From assembly GCF_009914755.1 (NCBI RefSeq), contig NC_060945.1: a DNA stretch of 64,000 nucleotides. The stretch is one strand, 5' to 3'. The stretch comes from the human T2T-CHM13v2.0 reference genome, Homo sapiens. This document shows, one piece after another, positions 1 through 18,426 of this stretch (the first letter of the stretch is position 1; each line of letters begins with the position of its first letter). The position numbers were made by a program, and so were the translations under genes. The notes under the pieces were generated by a model. The model was not told the origin of the DNA, did not search any database, and was given only the letters and a program-made list of their open reading frames with translations.

Positions 1-1217
1 TCTTAGTCACCACTAAAGGCACCTGGTGAGAAAAGCTGAACTAAATTTTAAATATTAAAAAATTAAAGAGACATCTAGTGCAGAGTTCAAACCTTTATGT
101 TGAATTGTTTGAGTCGTTACTGATTTCATGATGCTGATAAGTGTTTGAGTTGAAATGATTTTTTAAAATGCAGAGAAAATGCTAACAGAATATTATATAG
201 TTCCCCTAAAGATGCTTCTTCTAACCTCCAAGTATTAAATAAGACTGATCTAAATGTTAAGTACATATAAAGTATATATTTGCTAGTCATCTATAAATTT
301 TAAGTACAATTCCAGTGATATACCTGTATCTTTTGGAAGAGAAGAACTAAACCTGCCGTTTCTTAGGCTAAATAGATGATTCATAAGGTCCTTCCCTCCC
401 CATTTATTCTGATTGCCAAGCTTTTGTTCAGTAAGCTCTTGGCATCTAGTGATTAACCAGTGACAGCAGACAGTAGTGACCAAGAGAGATGGAGAGAACG
501 ATGGTGTAAGACAGTATATAAGGACAGTAAGCCACTGTATTTGTGGAACCACTGCATGTCAAAACTCCTTAACACTCTAACAAAGCATTTTTGGTCTTTT
601 AAGATTAATGACAGTCCTTACATAAGGGACTCAGTTTCAAACTAAAGTGCATCAAAAAGCAAATTATACCCCACAAACAACTTTAAAGAGGTAGCCACAA
701 ACCCAGTTGCTTTAGATTGGCCTTCTAAATGAAGTCAGCACATGGATCCATGTGTGAGTGTCATGGACGTCAGTGATTATGTAACTGTAACTGAAAGAAA
801 AAGGCACAGCTCTGCAGACACCCAAGAGAAGCTGGCATGTTTAATGTGGATGTAGAAGGGATAATGTCCATGGCAACTGATTGGAACACAACTGTCAGCA
901 GCCTCAACACAGGCTAAGACTGGGTTAAGCCCCAGGAGATGCAGAGAACGACTGAGGAAGCTGTGCTCTAAGGGGACATTACAGAAGGTAGCTTGGAGTG
1001 TGCTGTGTTTCCGAGAGCCTTTTAAGTTGGGTGGTTGAGTAAAGGAGGGTAGAGGCAGGCTGTTCTACTTCCAATCCATGGATAAATCTCATTTTCTCAA
1101 TGTAATACAGAGGCTGTTCTTCTATGATTGGCAAACACTATTTGTTCTTATCATGGAAACAGCATACTGCTATCAAGAAATAGGGAAAAGACAGTAAAAA
1201 AATGTGTGGAAAGAATA

Positions 1218-1574
1218 TGGAATAAAAAATTTTATTATGCAGCCATAAAAAATGATGAGTTCATGTCCTTTGTAGGGACATGGATGAAGCTGGAAACCAT
1301 CATTCTCAGCAAACTATCGCAAGGACAAAAAACCAAACGCCGCATGTTCTCACTCATAGGTGGGAATTGAACAATGAGAACACTTGGACACAGGAAGGCG
1401 AACATCACACACCAGGGCCTGCTGTGTGGTGGGGGGAGGGATAGCATTAGGAGATATACCTAATGGAAATGACGAATTAGTGGGTACAGCAAATCAACAT
1501 GGCACATGTAAACAAATGCAACAAACCTGCACATTGTGCACATGTACCCTAGAACTTTAAGTATAATAAAAAAA
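1218..1574 (+). mobile_element. 5'-truncated L1PA 3' end with TSD
   Basis: End of ORF2 (KNDEFMSFVGTWMKLETIILSKL), L1 3'UTR ending cctagaactttaagtataataaaa; TSD gtgtggaaagaata at 1204-1217 and 1575-1588. Confidence 0.92.
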
Positions 1575-2834
1575 GTGTGGAAAGAATAATATGGGTTTCT
1601 AACTGAATGCTTGCTTTTGAAGAGCCCAAAAACAAACAAACAAAAAATTCTAAGAGCAGCAAACATCTACGCCTGTTATGTTACTGAATTACTCTTTTTT
1701 AAAATCCTTATTTCATAGGAGAGATATTTACAATTTTGAATTACAAAGTTTGAAAAACGTTGAAAATAACCTGAAAGGGGAAAGTTGACCTAAGCCATTT
1801 TATTCTCTTAAAAAAACCCAAACTTTTGTATAATAGTAATCCCTGAACTGAGTATTTTTGAAGGTTTTTCAGATAATCTGATGTGCGAGGTTAGTTTGTT
1901 TTACTATTCAGTTGTTTGGAATAGTAGAGCATTATATGAGGCTCTTACTGGAGGCTTAATGGTATTAAGAGATTAAAAGCTTTCACATTGTTTGGTTTTC
2001 ACATCTATAAATAAAACAAGTTGTTATCATTTTGTAATATTTAGCTTATATACATTTTTGTGAGAGTTTTGTGGGACTTGGAAAGTGTATGGACTAGCAT
2101 CAGACACAAATTATTTTTCCATATTTCTCACTTGGAGTTTCAGATAGCAGCATTTTAATCATCTCTTCCATTAAACCAAGATTACACAAAAGCGTTTGAG
2201 GACACTGAGGACTGGCACTTCTAATTTTGCTTCAGAAACCAGTACTCAAAATGTCTGGTTTGGAGGTCAGTTACACTGCTGTCTTTGTATAATCAGCCAT
2301 TAAAAAATATTTTGGGGACATTTCTCAGAAGTCTCATCCCATATTTTTGTTCTTAACACATCTCACCACAAACTCTACCACACCTATGGTTTGCAAACTT
2401 TGGGAAATGTCAGTATATGCCATTATCATGGTTATTAGTACTATTATTGGTTAAAAGCACTTTGAAGGCAATTTATGTGACTTATATATAGTTAGTATTT
2501 TAATCTGGACATTCTCCAGTTATATGCAAAGATTAAAACTCAGCAGCTTCATTTTACAGAATTGGCATCTTTTATATGGCTATGGGGACTGCTTGGTGTC
2601 TATAAATTATAATGTATATTTGTTGGACTGAAATCAAACTTAAAATGTTCCACATTTCAAGTGTTTTTATTCTGAGCAGTACTTACAAAAAATAATGCCA
2701 TAGTTGTGTCTAATTCTGTATAGTTCAGCACTCTCCACAGGCTGTCAATCTCTGATTTGATCTACTTTTACCAGATTTAACAGATCCTTGAATTTACTTT
2801 ACTGTCTACGCTTCCTTTTTGCTCACATTGGGAA

Positions 2835-4126
<1,292 letters not shown>

Positions 4127-4364
4127 CTCTTACTTTATTTTTCACCACAGAACTTCCTATCAACTAGTATGTTGAATATTTTGCTTATTAACTTTGTTTA
4201 TTGTCTTCTCCCTCGATTAGAATATTAGCTACTTGAGTACAAGGATTTGAGCCTATTACGTTCACTGCTGAATTTTAGGCTCCTGGAAGATACCCTGCAT
4301 TCAATAGAGACCACACAATAAATATATGTCAAATAAATGAGTCTGTAAGTTCATCAATTTATTT

Positions 4365-4730
4365 GCCCATATGCATTAACTTTTGCCCATATACATCCAT
4401 ATACATCCCATGCATACATATACATGCCCATACATCCCATACATCCATATACATGCCCATATACATCCATAACAAGAGTTATTACTCTTGTTATATGAAA
4501 TCAACTGTACTATTTGCTTCATGTAATAGTTTAAAAATACACATGTGTGTATATAAATATATACAGAGATCATAGACCTAACTCCGTCTATATATGTGTG
4601 TATGTGATATATATAAATATATACACACATATATGACTGACATATATATATAAATATATACACACACATATATATGACTGACATATATATAAATATATAC
4701 ACACACATAGATATGACTGCTATATATATC
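4365..4730. repeat. Low-complexity (CATA/CCCAT)n and (TA/CA)n tract
   Basis: Visible catacatccat repeats followed by tatatataaatatatacacacata units. Confidence 0.85.
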
Positions 4731-5670
4731 TATCTTGTGTAAGTGGAATCAGGCAGTATTCAAACATACTTTCAATTAGTAATGACTATAGTTTAAATAA
4801 GAGAAAGTTTAAAGATTCTGATAGTTTAAATAAGAGAAAGCAAACATCACTACTACTAGTATTTGGGGAAAAAGATTACAAATAGAGATATTATGATAAA
4901 AGTGTACAATATTTTTTATGTTTGTGCACTTAGATCCATGTTCAAACTTTGGCTCACCTATACATGTATAGCACATTGGAATATGTGCTACAGTATGCCA
5001 TTTATAAAGACTGAAAATAATAGTTTATAAACATTATTATTTATTTAGCAACCTCATAAGCTTGGTTTCAAAAATACCTGAATTACATAGCATAATCCCA
5101 GTGCTGGAGAACAGAACAGTAGCTGCCAAGGGTTAGGGTTGGTTGGAAGATGTGATTAGTGAGGGTTAATGTGAAAACATGTACTTTGTTTGTGGTGATA
5201 GAGCAGTTCTGCATCCAGATTATGGTAATGGTTACATAAATCCACACTTCATAGATCTATATACACACATCACACATACATTCAAACACATCTGTACATG
5301 TAAAATCCTTAGAAATATAAATAGGGTCTGAACCTGAGTTAATGGTATGGAAACAATGTCCATTTCCTGATTTTGGCAACGTACTAGGTTAAGTTAGTTA
5401 TAATCATTGGGGAAAGTTGCCTGAAAATAGCATGGTCATTCATTTTACTTCTTTTTTTAACTTCTTATGAGTCAAATTATTTTAAAACAAAAGGTATTAA
5501 GCAAAGACAAAAATTTGAAAGTTCAAAAATCAAAGCCCATATGAATTTGGACATATGATTTGATTTCTTTTGTAGACCTTGATTTCTTCACCTGTAAAAA
5601 TGGAATAATAGTATGATTCCTATCTCATTATTGTCATGCTTAAATCATACCACTTATGTAGGTGCCTGTA
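4731..5670 (-). repeat. Left arm of inverted duplication (copy of 6935-7853)
   Basis: Reverse complement of 6935-7853, e.g. aagtggaatcaggcagtatt vs aatactgcctgattccactt and ctatctcattattgtcatgcttaaa vs tttaagcatgacaataatgagatag. Confidence 0.93.
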
Positions 5671-5757
5671 TATATATATATATGTATATATACATATATA
5701 TATATGTATGTATATATACATATATATATATGTATGTATATATACATATATGTGTGG

Positions 5758-5807
<50 letters not shown>

Positions 5808-5830
5808 CCACACATATATCTATATATATG
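5668..5830. repeat. (TA)n/(TG)n microsatellite
   Basis: Direct dinucleotide runs. Confidence 0.95.
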
Positions 5831-6934
5831 ACTGACTTTGACTGACTTAGGTCTATGATTTAAGATGCGGAAATTGGAATTTACCAGAACATTTGTGAAT
5901 TGATTTGTTCTTATGCTTCACCAACTGTCATGGTAAAGGACACCTTAGCCCCAGCTCATAGTATGAAAACACGTAAATGCTTCTATGTGCCCTAAATTTC
6001 TCTTGGTTAAGCTTTATACTTTTTTTTGTTTATGACACAGAAATATGATCACAAAGCACATGTGTACCACGATACAAATTTCATGTATTTTGTCTCTGTA
6101 TTATGTTTTCTTTCCATTTATGTCTTTTCAAGCTAACAATTCCTGATCTCCTAATACAGTGGGCCTTTCAAGCACTTACTTCTTTAGATAGTCATGTTCT
6201 TTTAACTAGGATCTCACAGATAAAGTTATCAAAGCATGGAAAAGGATGAAGAAACTTGACTCCTTCCCCTCTCCATCCCCCACTAAATTCAATTCATCCC
6301 AACCTTGTATTTGTTTTGTTCTCCTGGAAAAGAAAATATAGTCATCACCCTCAATAAATATACAATCTAGTTAGAGAGATATGACTTCAGAGAAGGATTT
6401 CTTAGTTTTGATTTTGATTATCTTCCTTTAGATATTTGGAAAGACAAAAATGCTGTATGCTTATGGACTGCAAGCAGTATGAGTGGAAAACAAAAGTAAT
6501 AAATGTTACTTCTGACTTTATTATAATGTTAGGATTGTTAATAGTTAACAATTACTTACTGAAGGAAGATTTAAATTGAATATTTCTAAATGGGAAAAAT
6601 TTAAAAAGCAGGTGAGTCCATAAATTTTAGGACCCAGAATCTACTGAGCTAAAAACTCAATGAGAGTTAATTCTCTGTTGGTGATGTAGCAATTCTTGAG
6701 GTTATTTGTGAAGACTCACATGAGAGCTAAACAATAAAAGAGGACTGAGACCATTTCAAGGGATGGAGAACACCTTCCTTTCTTGTTCAGATGATGCTCT
6801 GAGACATTGCTGTTTATTTTGACTGCCTCTTTTTAAACAAACTTCCACTTAGGAACTTAAAAACCACCTGTAAACCAACAGCCATAAAAAAGTGGGGAAC
6901 TCAGTGTTTAAGCATTATTGTTCACCAGACACAG

Positions 6935-7853
6935 TACTGGGCACTTACATAAATGGTATGGTTTAAGCATGACAATAATGAGATAGAAATTCTACTATCA
7001 TTCCATTTTTACAGGTGAAGAAATCAAGGTCTACAAAATAAATCAAATAATATGTTCAAATTCATAAGGGCTTTGATTTTAGAAATTTTAGATTTTTTGT
7101 CTTTAATACCAATTATTTTTAAATAATTTTACTCACAAGAAGTTAAAAAATAGTAAAAAGAATGACCGTCTTATTTTCAGCCAACTTTCCCCAGTAATTA
7201 TATCTAACTTAACCTAGTACTTTGCCAAATCAGGAAATTGACATTGTTTCCATACCATTAACTCCAGTTCAGACCCTATTCATATTTCCAAGGATTTTAC
7301 ATGTACTCTTGTGTAGGTGTGTGTGAGTGTATGTGTGATGTGTGTGTATAGGTCTATGAAGTGTGGATTTATGTAACCTTCACCATAATCTGGATGCAGA
7401 ACTGCTCTATCACCACAAAGAAAATACATGTTTTCACGTTATCCCTCACTAATCACATCTTCCAACCAACCCTAACCTTTGGCAGCCACTGATCTGTTCT
7501 CCAGCACTAGGATTATGCTTTGTAAATCAGGTATTTTTGAAGCCAAAGCTCATGAGGTTGCTAAATAAATAATAATGTTTTATAAAATGTTATTTTCAGT
7601 CTTTATAAATGGCATACTGTAGCACATATTTAAATGTGCTATACATGTATAGGTGGCAAAGTTTGAACACGGATCTAAGTGTACAAATGTAAAAAATATT
7701 GTACACTTTTATCACAATATCCCTATTTGTAATATTTTCCCCCAAAAGCTAGTAGTAGTGATATTTGCTTTCTCTTATTTAAATTATCCGAATTATACTC
7801 ATTACTAATTGAAAGTATGTTTTAATACTGCCTGATTCCACTTATGTAAGATA
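6935..7853 (+). repeat. Right arm of inverted duplication (probable donor; contains MIR-like and old L1 fragments)
   Basis: Complementary to 4731-5670; MIR-like motif ccatttttacaggtgaagaaatcaagg near 7003-7029. Confidence 0.9.
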
Positions 7854-8090
7854 TCTACAATAGTTAAACTCCCAGAAATAGAGTAGAATACTGGTTGCCA
7901 GGGTCTGGAAGGAGGGGAAATGGAGGTTGCTGTTCAATGGGTATAAAATTCAGTTATAACAGATGAATAAGTTCTAGAGGTCTGCTGTCAACAGAGCACC
8001 TATAGTTAACAAGATTGTATTGCACAGTTAAACATTTATTAAGAGGATATATCTCATGTTAAACATACTTACTTCATTAACAGAAAAAAA
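7830..8090 (+). mobile_element. Old L1M (L1MB-like) 3' end
   Basis: tgattccactta...tggttgccaggg...gatgaataagttctagag L1M 3'UTR motifs. Confidence 0.7.
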
Positions 8091-8722
8091 TGGAATATTT
8101 TACACATAAAATTACATATATGCCTGAATTTCACATTTCGTTTCACAAATTGTACTGGTGCTAAAAAGGTATTTTTGTATTAAAAAACATCTAACTGAAG
8201 GAAAAGTTACAAATGAGTGATCATTCATAAATAAAATATAATCCTAGGGACCGCTGTTTTTCCATTTTGAATACCCTCCACAATTAGTCTTAATAATTAT
8301 GTTGGCTGAATGAAAAATAATGATTTCTCAAGAGGCAATAGAAAATAGAGAATAAGTCCATTCTTGAGAAAATTTATAATTAGTGAAAGTAATTTTTTCA
8401 TCCTCTTTTCTTATTTAAATCTCAAGTACTCTCTGCCACTCTGTGCTCTTCTTTCTGGGGTAAAATATGCCAGCTATCCACAGTCAGGGCATTCTCTAAC
8501 CACTCCTCCTTAGAGATGTCTACAGACTTTTACTCAGCTAGACTGTCTTGTTGCCTGTCTTCATATCAACTTCGCAAGACGTGTGGACCATTCTCTTAGG
8601 CCCCTGCATGGCAGTGCATAATATATTCCATGCTAATTATCTAATGAGGTTCACTAAATTAATCTTTTATTATACCACATAAAATACTCTTAGATCTAAC
8701 AGTACAAAAATTTCCAATTATG

Positions 8723-9025
8723 GGCCGGTCGCGGTGGTTCACGCCTGTAATCCCGGCACTTTGGGAGGCCGAGATGGGCGGATCACGAGGTCAGGAGATC
8801 GAGGCCATCCTGGGTAACATGGTGAAACCCCGTCTCAACCAAACATACAAAAAATTAGCCAGGTGCGGTGGCGGGCGCCTGTAGTCTCAGCTACTCACAA
8901 GGCTGAGGCAGGAGAACGGCGTGAACCCAGGAGGCGGAGCTTGCGGTGCGCCCAGATTGCGCCACTGCACTCCAACCTGGGCGACAGAGGGAAACTCTGT
9001 CTCAAAAAAAAAAAAAAAAAAAAAA
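8723..9025 (+). mobile_element. AluY
   Basis: Full dimer, gagatcgag..catcctgg and ggcgtgaacc diagnostics, poly(A), TSD ~aaaattccaatta on both sides. Confidence 0.93.
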
Positions 9026-9819
9026 GAAGAAAATTCCAATTACATCACTCCTTTGCATTACATCCTAAGACTAATTTAAAGAGGGTATCACAAAAATAGA
9101 AATGATAGCGACAGAAAATGGTCCCAATTTTCACTGCACTGTTGCTAAGACCACCTTGCCACTCATCATTATAGAATGCCTTTCAGGTAACATAATAAGA
9201 GCCATTTTTAAAATGGAACCTTACTATACCCATGTGTGACAGGCAGAGGGACTCTATTATTATTCATAGTTTACAGATGAAGCAGTTAGATTTGCCCCAG
9301 GTCACTGGCTTATTAAATGACAGGCTAAGACAGAACCAAGTTTTATTCTCAAATAAGACCATAAAGAAGAGGATTGATCCAAATGATTTATAAAATTTTC
9401 TTACAGCCCCAGTAACAATAATAGATAAGCTAATGATTTCTTTAATAAAAATCTGATATGACAAGTAGAATGTGACAGAATCAACATGATCAATTAATCA
9501 GATTTGGGTAGTAGTTTGGTACCTAAATGTTGGATGCTCTTGGACATAAAGATGACAGTATTTATGACGATAAAGAGGACCATTCCACAGTTTGAGAATT
9601 TCTACAGAGAGAGAGATGAAGAAAATTTCTGGAGTTATTGAAACTGTGTGAAGATGAATTATTTGGTTGATGCACTGCTATCATTCTAAATGGACTTCAC
9701 TTTCTGAAAAAATAACGCATAAGGATGAAATATGTATTGAATGAAAATTATATTTTGTTTTTCCATTTTTTACCTAATAAAAAAATCAGAAAAACAGATT
9801 TTTTTTTAAAAAAAGAAAA

Positions 9820-9973
9820 GATGACTGTAATAGACAATGGAGACTAGTAGAGGCAGTAGAGAGGGCAGCCAGGGTTGAAAAACTACAGGGTACTAAGCTT
9901 CATATCTGCATGATGAGATCAGTCATACCCCAAACCTCAGCATGGCACAATATACCCGGGTAACAAACCTGCC
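9820..9973 (+). mobile_element. L1PB/L1MA 3'UTR fragment
   Basis: ggttgaaaaactac...ccccaaacctcagcat...gtaacaaacctgc. Confidence 0.65.
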
Positions 9974-10827
9974 TAGACATTTGTGTAAAATGAGACGATT
10001 GCAGGGTAGTTTTAAAAGTCATTCCCCTTATGAAAATATGGAATGTTGTGCACATTATTTCATAGACTTTGTGCTTAGTTAAAGGTCTTAACCAAAAATT
10101 CTAAATGATTTCTCCTATTAATAAATAGATATCAATAACATCATTTTAATGGGCTCTATGAAGACCTTATTGAGTGATTGTATCATAAGTCAACAAGTGC
10201 CCTATTGTTGAACACTTAGATTCTTTCTGATTATTTCCCTTTACAAAAAATGCTATATTGTAAATTGTTGTATGTATTTTTAAGTTATGAAATTGTTAGG
10301 GCAAAAGGTGAATAAATGTAAGGTCTTTGATAAATAGTCAGAATTCTCTCCATAGAGGATACGATAAAGCATCTTTTCATTTGAAGGAGCAAGAATAACT
10401 GCTAAATACTTCTGAGACTTCCAGTACTTTTTTGGTTTTAAGTTTTGTTGTTGTTTATTTGGTTTTTTGGAGGTTTTCTGTTTTGTTTTATAAGTAGGTT
10501 TCAGTATTGCTAAGTATTCAGTCATGGTGGATATTCGAAGAATAATTTCTCTCTTTGGGATTATTCCTCTAACACTATGAGCAAGTATCACTGTGTTCTT
10601 TCTCTAAAGGAAAATATAAAGCATAGACAAATTAAATGCTGCTCAGATTCTAAAACTATGAATATATAACAATGGAGAAACAAATAGCAAGTCTGTAGCT
10701 ACTCAATGACTTTAGCATTGAGTGGATCCTAAAATGCCTATTTTGCACAGAATGAAAAAGATACAGCAGGTTCCTTTGGAAGATCAAAGTGAGAAAATTG
10801 ACTACAGCTTTAACAGCCTTAAAATAA

Positions 10828-10985
10828 ATACCTAATGTAAATGACAAGTTAATGGGTGCAGCAAACCAACACAGCACATGTATACATATGTAACAAACCT
10901 GCACGTTGTGCACATGTACCCTAGAACTTAAAGTATAATAAAAATAAATAAATACATAAAATAAAATGAATAAAAAATAAATACA
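10828..10985 (+). mobile_element. Short L1PA 3' end with A-rich tail
   Basis: cctaatgtaaatgac...cctagaacttaaagtataataaaa followed by (taaa)n. Confidence 0.88.
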
Positions 10986-11119
10986 AACATATTAATCATA
11001 AGTAAATGAAACATCTGATAATCTCATTATGTCTGGTAGTAATGTCACCTCTGAGTATTTAAATATTCATCTACATATTTCTTTGCTAAATTTCCTTTTA
11101 TTTCTCCTTTATATTAAAC

Positions 11120-12033
11120 TTTTTTTTAGAGAGCACAACTCCAAAGCATCTTTTATTAATATAGAAAGGTCATATTTAGCAAAAGACACAAGGCAGGGAA
11201 GTGTCAGGCCTGAGGCCTGAGCTGTGCTGAGGGACAAGGAGGCTCCGGACAAGTGCTGGGAAGGGCTGAGTGGTGGGGGCCACAGAAAGTTCCAGTGGGC
11301 AACACTGTCGGCAGGTCATGGGTGGGACTCACGGGGACCTCGTTGCTAACTCTTGTTGCGTTGGCGGGGTGGGGTGGGGAGGGGGGTCCTTAGTGCTGCC
11401 ACCTGGAGTGAGAACCGCCCCTTGGTTCCTGGAGGGCACCCATCAAGGGACACAGGATAGGAAGCCCAGGATGGTTAGTGCAACTAGGGATGAAGGCCAG
11501 GGAGAAGCAGGTGCTCTGGAGTCCAGACACAGAGGCCTAGGAACTTCCTGTTAAGTGTGGGCGTTCCGCTCTGTCTCTACCAGGCACTCTGACTAGGGAT
11601 GGATGATACCTCTCTTCAGGCGCTCCGCAGCGCTCTTGCTGCCAGCATAGGTGGGCCGGATCACTTTGCCCATCTCCCCTGTGACCAACAGCAGTTCCGT
11701 GTAGGTGCTCTGGGAGCCCTGGGCACCAGGTGGTTTCATGGCCTGCACACAACCGATGGTAGGCGGTCCAAAGTCTTTAAACAGCGGTCTGAAAGGGGCA
11801 GTGGCTCCCAGCCCTGAGCCCGACGGTGACGGGACGCTTCCTGTAGGGACCAGAGTGCCTGGCCCAGGGGTGCTGGAGCCGGGGGTGCTGCTGGGGGCAG
11901 GTGTGGTAGGTTTGTAGGACATCCCCAACTCCTGGGCGCTGGGGAAGCCAGCAGGCTGCTCTTCGGGGGTTGGCTGCGGGACCGCTCAGCAGCGATCTGA
12001 TTGGCAAGCGGGCTGCACGCCCCCTTGTAAATC
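11120..12033 (-). pseudogene. CDK2AP2P3: Processed CDK2AP2 (DOC-1R) pseudogene
   Basis: ATG at 11922 gives MSYKPTTPAPSSTPGSSTPGPG...FRPLF.DFGPP...IRPTYAGSKSA.ERLKRGIIH; intronless; AATAAA (tttatt 11152-11157); poly(A) remnant; 15-bp TSD tatattaaacttttt at 11110-11124 and 12034-12048 at a TT/AAAA L1 endonuclease site. Paralog number inferred. Confidence 0.95.
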
Positions 12034-12569
12034 TATATTAAACTTTTTAACTGCAATTTGTATTAATCTAAATACAGTTCAAATATTCTCCATGAAAATT
12101 TCACATTTGAGTTGAGACATCCTAAAATTTAAAATACACAATGGATTTCAAAGATTTCATATGAAAAAAGAACGCAAACTATCTCTAATAATTTTTATAT
12201 TGATTACATATTGACCCAATATTTTGGATATATATTGGGTTAAATAAAATATACAATTTAAAAAAATTATGCTACATTTTTGTTAAAAAATTTAAATAAA
12301 CTATATATGAAATTATTTCTTGGGATAGAAAAGGGGACATGATTAAATATTTACTTAAACTTTTTTCAAAAACATATCTTTAAAACACATTTTCAAACAC
12401 AACAAAAGTATTTTAATTTTGAATAGGTAAAATAAACTTATTCCTGCTGAAATTCAATCATGGCATGATTTCCTTTGTGTGCATTTGAGGACTCTGTTTA
12501 TAACCCAGATAAAAACATAAAACTTTTGAAACTCTTCTAAGAATGTCTAACACAAATTACCTGTATAGG

Positions 12570-13408
12570 TATCACGGCACAGACGATGCTGAGGCCGGAC
12601 TGACTGAAGAAGAACAGGCTGAAGATGCTGTACTCACACAGCAGCTGGCCCCCAGGTTACCCGCCCTTCGTGTACATGGCGATGGTCACCTGGCTCACCA
12701 GCAAAGTGAACAACAGGTCGGTGTCAGTCAGCCGCATAACTGTGTAGAAGGTTGTCTCCTTCTGCTCCTTGCGCGACTTGCACAGCACCACGATGGCCAC
12801 CAGGTTGCCCACCACCCCGAAAATGGACGGTCCCAGGCTGTCCAGCAGATTGGGCTCCAGGCCAAGGACACACTGGCCTGGGAAGGGGTTAACATGACAG
12901 TGGCTGGTGGTACACAGCCCTGGAGTGTGAAGCTGAGTCTGGAGATGGCAGAAGAGAGACAAAGCCACCATGAGTGAAATGACCACCTGCAGGGCATTAG
13001 ACCCGCGCCCAGGAAACGGGATGCTAACATGACAAGGGAGGAACTCAATCCCACTCTCTGGATTGCAACCACTTACCAACGGCAGCCACCCAAATCTCTA
13101 GGCTCCCTCTGCTCCTGCCAGCAGCACACCCTTGCTGATCTTAATATTTATAAACTGAGCCTCTCATTCCTCTTCCTCCCCCCAGCCTATCTCACTCCAC
13201 TGACAAGACCTATCTCCAGGGAAAGGTAGCGCCCTAGTATTATTCCCGACAGATTCTGAGTTAATAAAATGCACGTTGAAACCCTGGAAGACAATTTGGA
13301 AAGCGCTCTCTTTCCTCCTTGGCTCCCCTGGCAGCGCCCCATCTCCGCACCCTTTGCCCGATGGCCCACATCCCATGTCACGTGTAGCGGCCCCAGTGGT
13401 GGGGCCTA
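12570..13408 (-). pseudogene. PTGER4P3: Unprocessed PTGER4 (EP4 receptor) fragment: upstream intron-like sequence plus start of the first coding exon (TM1-TM3)
   Basis: IFGVVGNLVAIVVLCKSRKEQKETTFYT and downstream CEYS.F.LFFF.SGLSI match EP4; ATG context ccagccactgtcATG at 12895; polypyrimidine + AG acceptor at 12939; frameshifts and stop; homology ends ~12570. Paralog number inferred. Confidence 0.9.
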
Positions 13409-13409
13409 A

Positions 13410-17380
<3,971 letters not shown>

Positions 17381-17633
17381 ACCCCTGACCCTGACCCTAA
17401 CCCCTGACCCTGACCCCTAACTCCTGACCCAAACCCTAACCGCTATCCCCAACCCTAACCCCTAACCCCAACCCTCACCCTAACCCAACCCTAACCCCTA
17501 ATCCCTAACATCTCTTAAACCCTAACTCTAAACGTTGACTCCTAACCCCTAACTCTGACCCCAATCCCTATCTCCAACCCCTAACCCTAAACTTAACCCC
17601 TAACCCCTAACCCTAACACCAACCTTAACCCTA
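17381..17633 (-). repeat. Interstitial degenerate telomeric array (CCCTAA/CCCTGA/CCCCAA variants)
   Basis: ~250 bp of ccctaa and variant hexamers; TTAGGG is on the minus strand. Confidence 0.96.
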
Positions 17634-18425
17634 GGTTCGTTACTACGTTTGTATTGACTATGTCAATGTTGATTATTATGATCGCTGTCTTTGGACTGCA
17701 CGGCAGCGAGGCGATTGCGGATCTTATATTAATATTTTTGTATTGAGGCAGTGCATTAGCATTACAGGTGCTTGTTACATGAGCAATGGGGGTGTCATAC
17801 TTTGGGTGTCATGTCTGCATTAGGAATGCCGCATTTGTCTTCCGAGGCTGCGGTGTGGATCTCGCACTGCGGCCGCCTCGGCTTGGCCGGGGAGAACCTC
17901 GGTGGGTAGGATTCAGAGGGGCTTTTGGTTTCCCGTTTTCCACACTGAATCCTTCTAACTGGTCTCTGACCCTGATTATTAAGGGCTGCAAACAGGAAGG
18001 ATTTTATTCACCGTCTATGCGGTCCCGAGTAGTCCCAAAGCGAGGCAGTGCCCCCAAGGTCTGTGCTGAGAACGCTGCTCTGCCTTCGCGGTGTCCCCCG
18101 GGTGTGTGCTGAGCAGAACGCAGCTCCGCCCTCGCGGTGCCCCCGGCGCGCCCGCCCGGGTCTGTGCTGAGGAGAACACTGCTCCGCCTTCGCTGTATCT
18201 CCAAAGTCTGTGCAGAGGAGAACTCAGCTCCGCCCTCGCGATGCTCTCCCGGTCTGTGCTGACGAGAAGGCACCTCTGCCCTCGCAAAGGGAGAGCGCCC
18301 TTCGCAAAGGCAGAGCGCCCTTTGCAAAGGCAGAGCGCCCTTCGCAAAGGCAGAGAGGCGCAGAGCGCCGGCGCAGGCGCGGAGGGGGCGCAGGGCGCCG
18401 GCGCAGGCGCGGAGAGGCGCAGAGC
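17634..18425 (-). repeat. TAR1 telomere-associated repeat with ~37-bp, 20-bp and 29-bp tandem repeats
   Basis: gggtctgtgctgaggagaac..ctccgcc units at ~18050-18280; gcaaaggcagagcgccctt x~3.7 at 18281-18355; cagagaggcgcagagcgccggcgcaggcg x~2.5 at 18351-18425. Confidence 0.9.
18050..18425 (-). promoter_or_regulatory. Putative TERRA-type CpG-island promoter (29/37-bp repeats; 61-bp repeats not seen)
   Basis: Same repeats as the subtelomeric 61-29-37 promoter; CpG-rich; activity here is inferred only. Confidence 0.5.
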
Positions 18426-18426
18426 A

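Noticed and set aside
4363-5845. Y/I-rich ORFs
   Set aside because: Translations of (TA)n microsatellites
18050-18425. CRISPR-like periodic 29-37-bp repeats
   Set aside because: Head-to-tail eukaryotic TAR1 minisatellites with no unique spacers or cas genes
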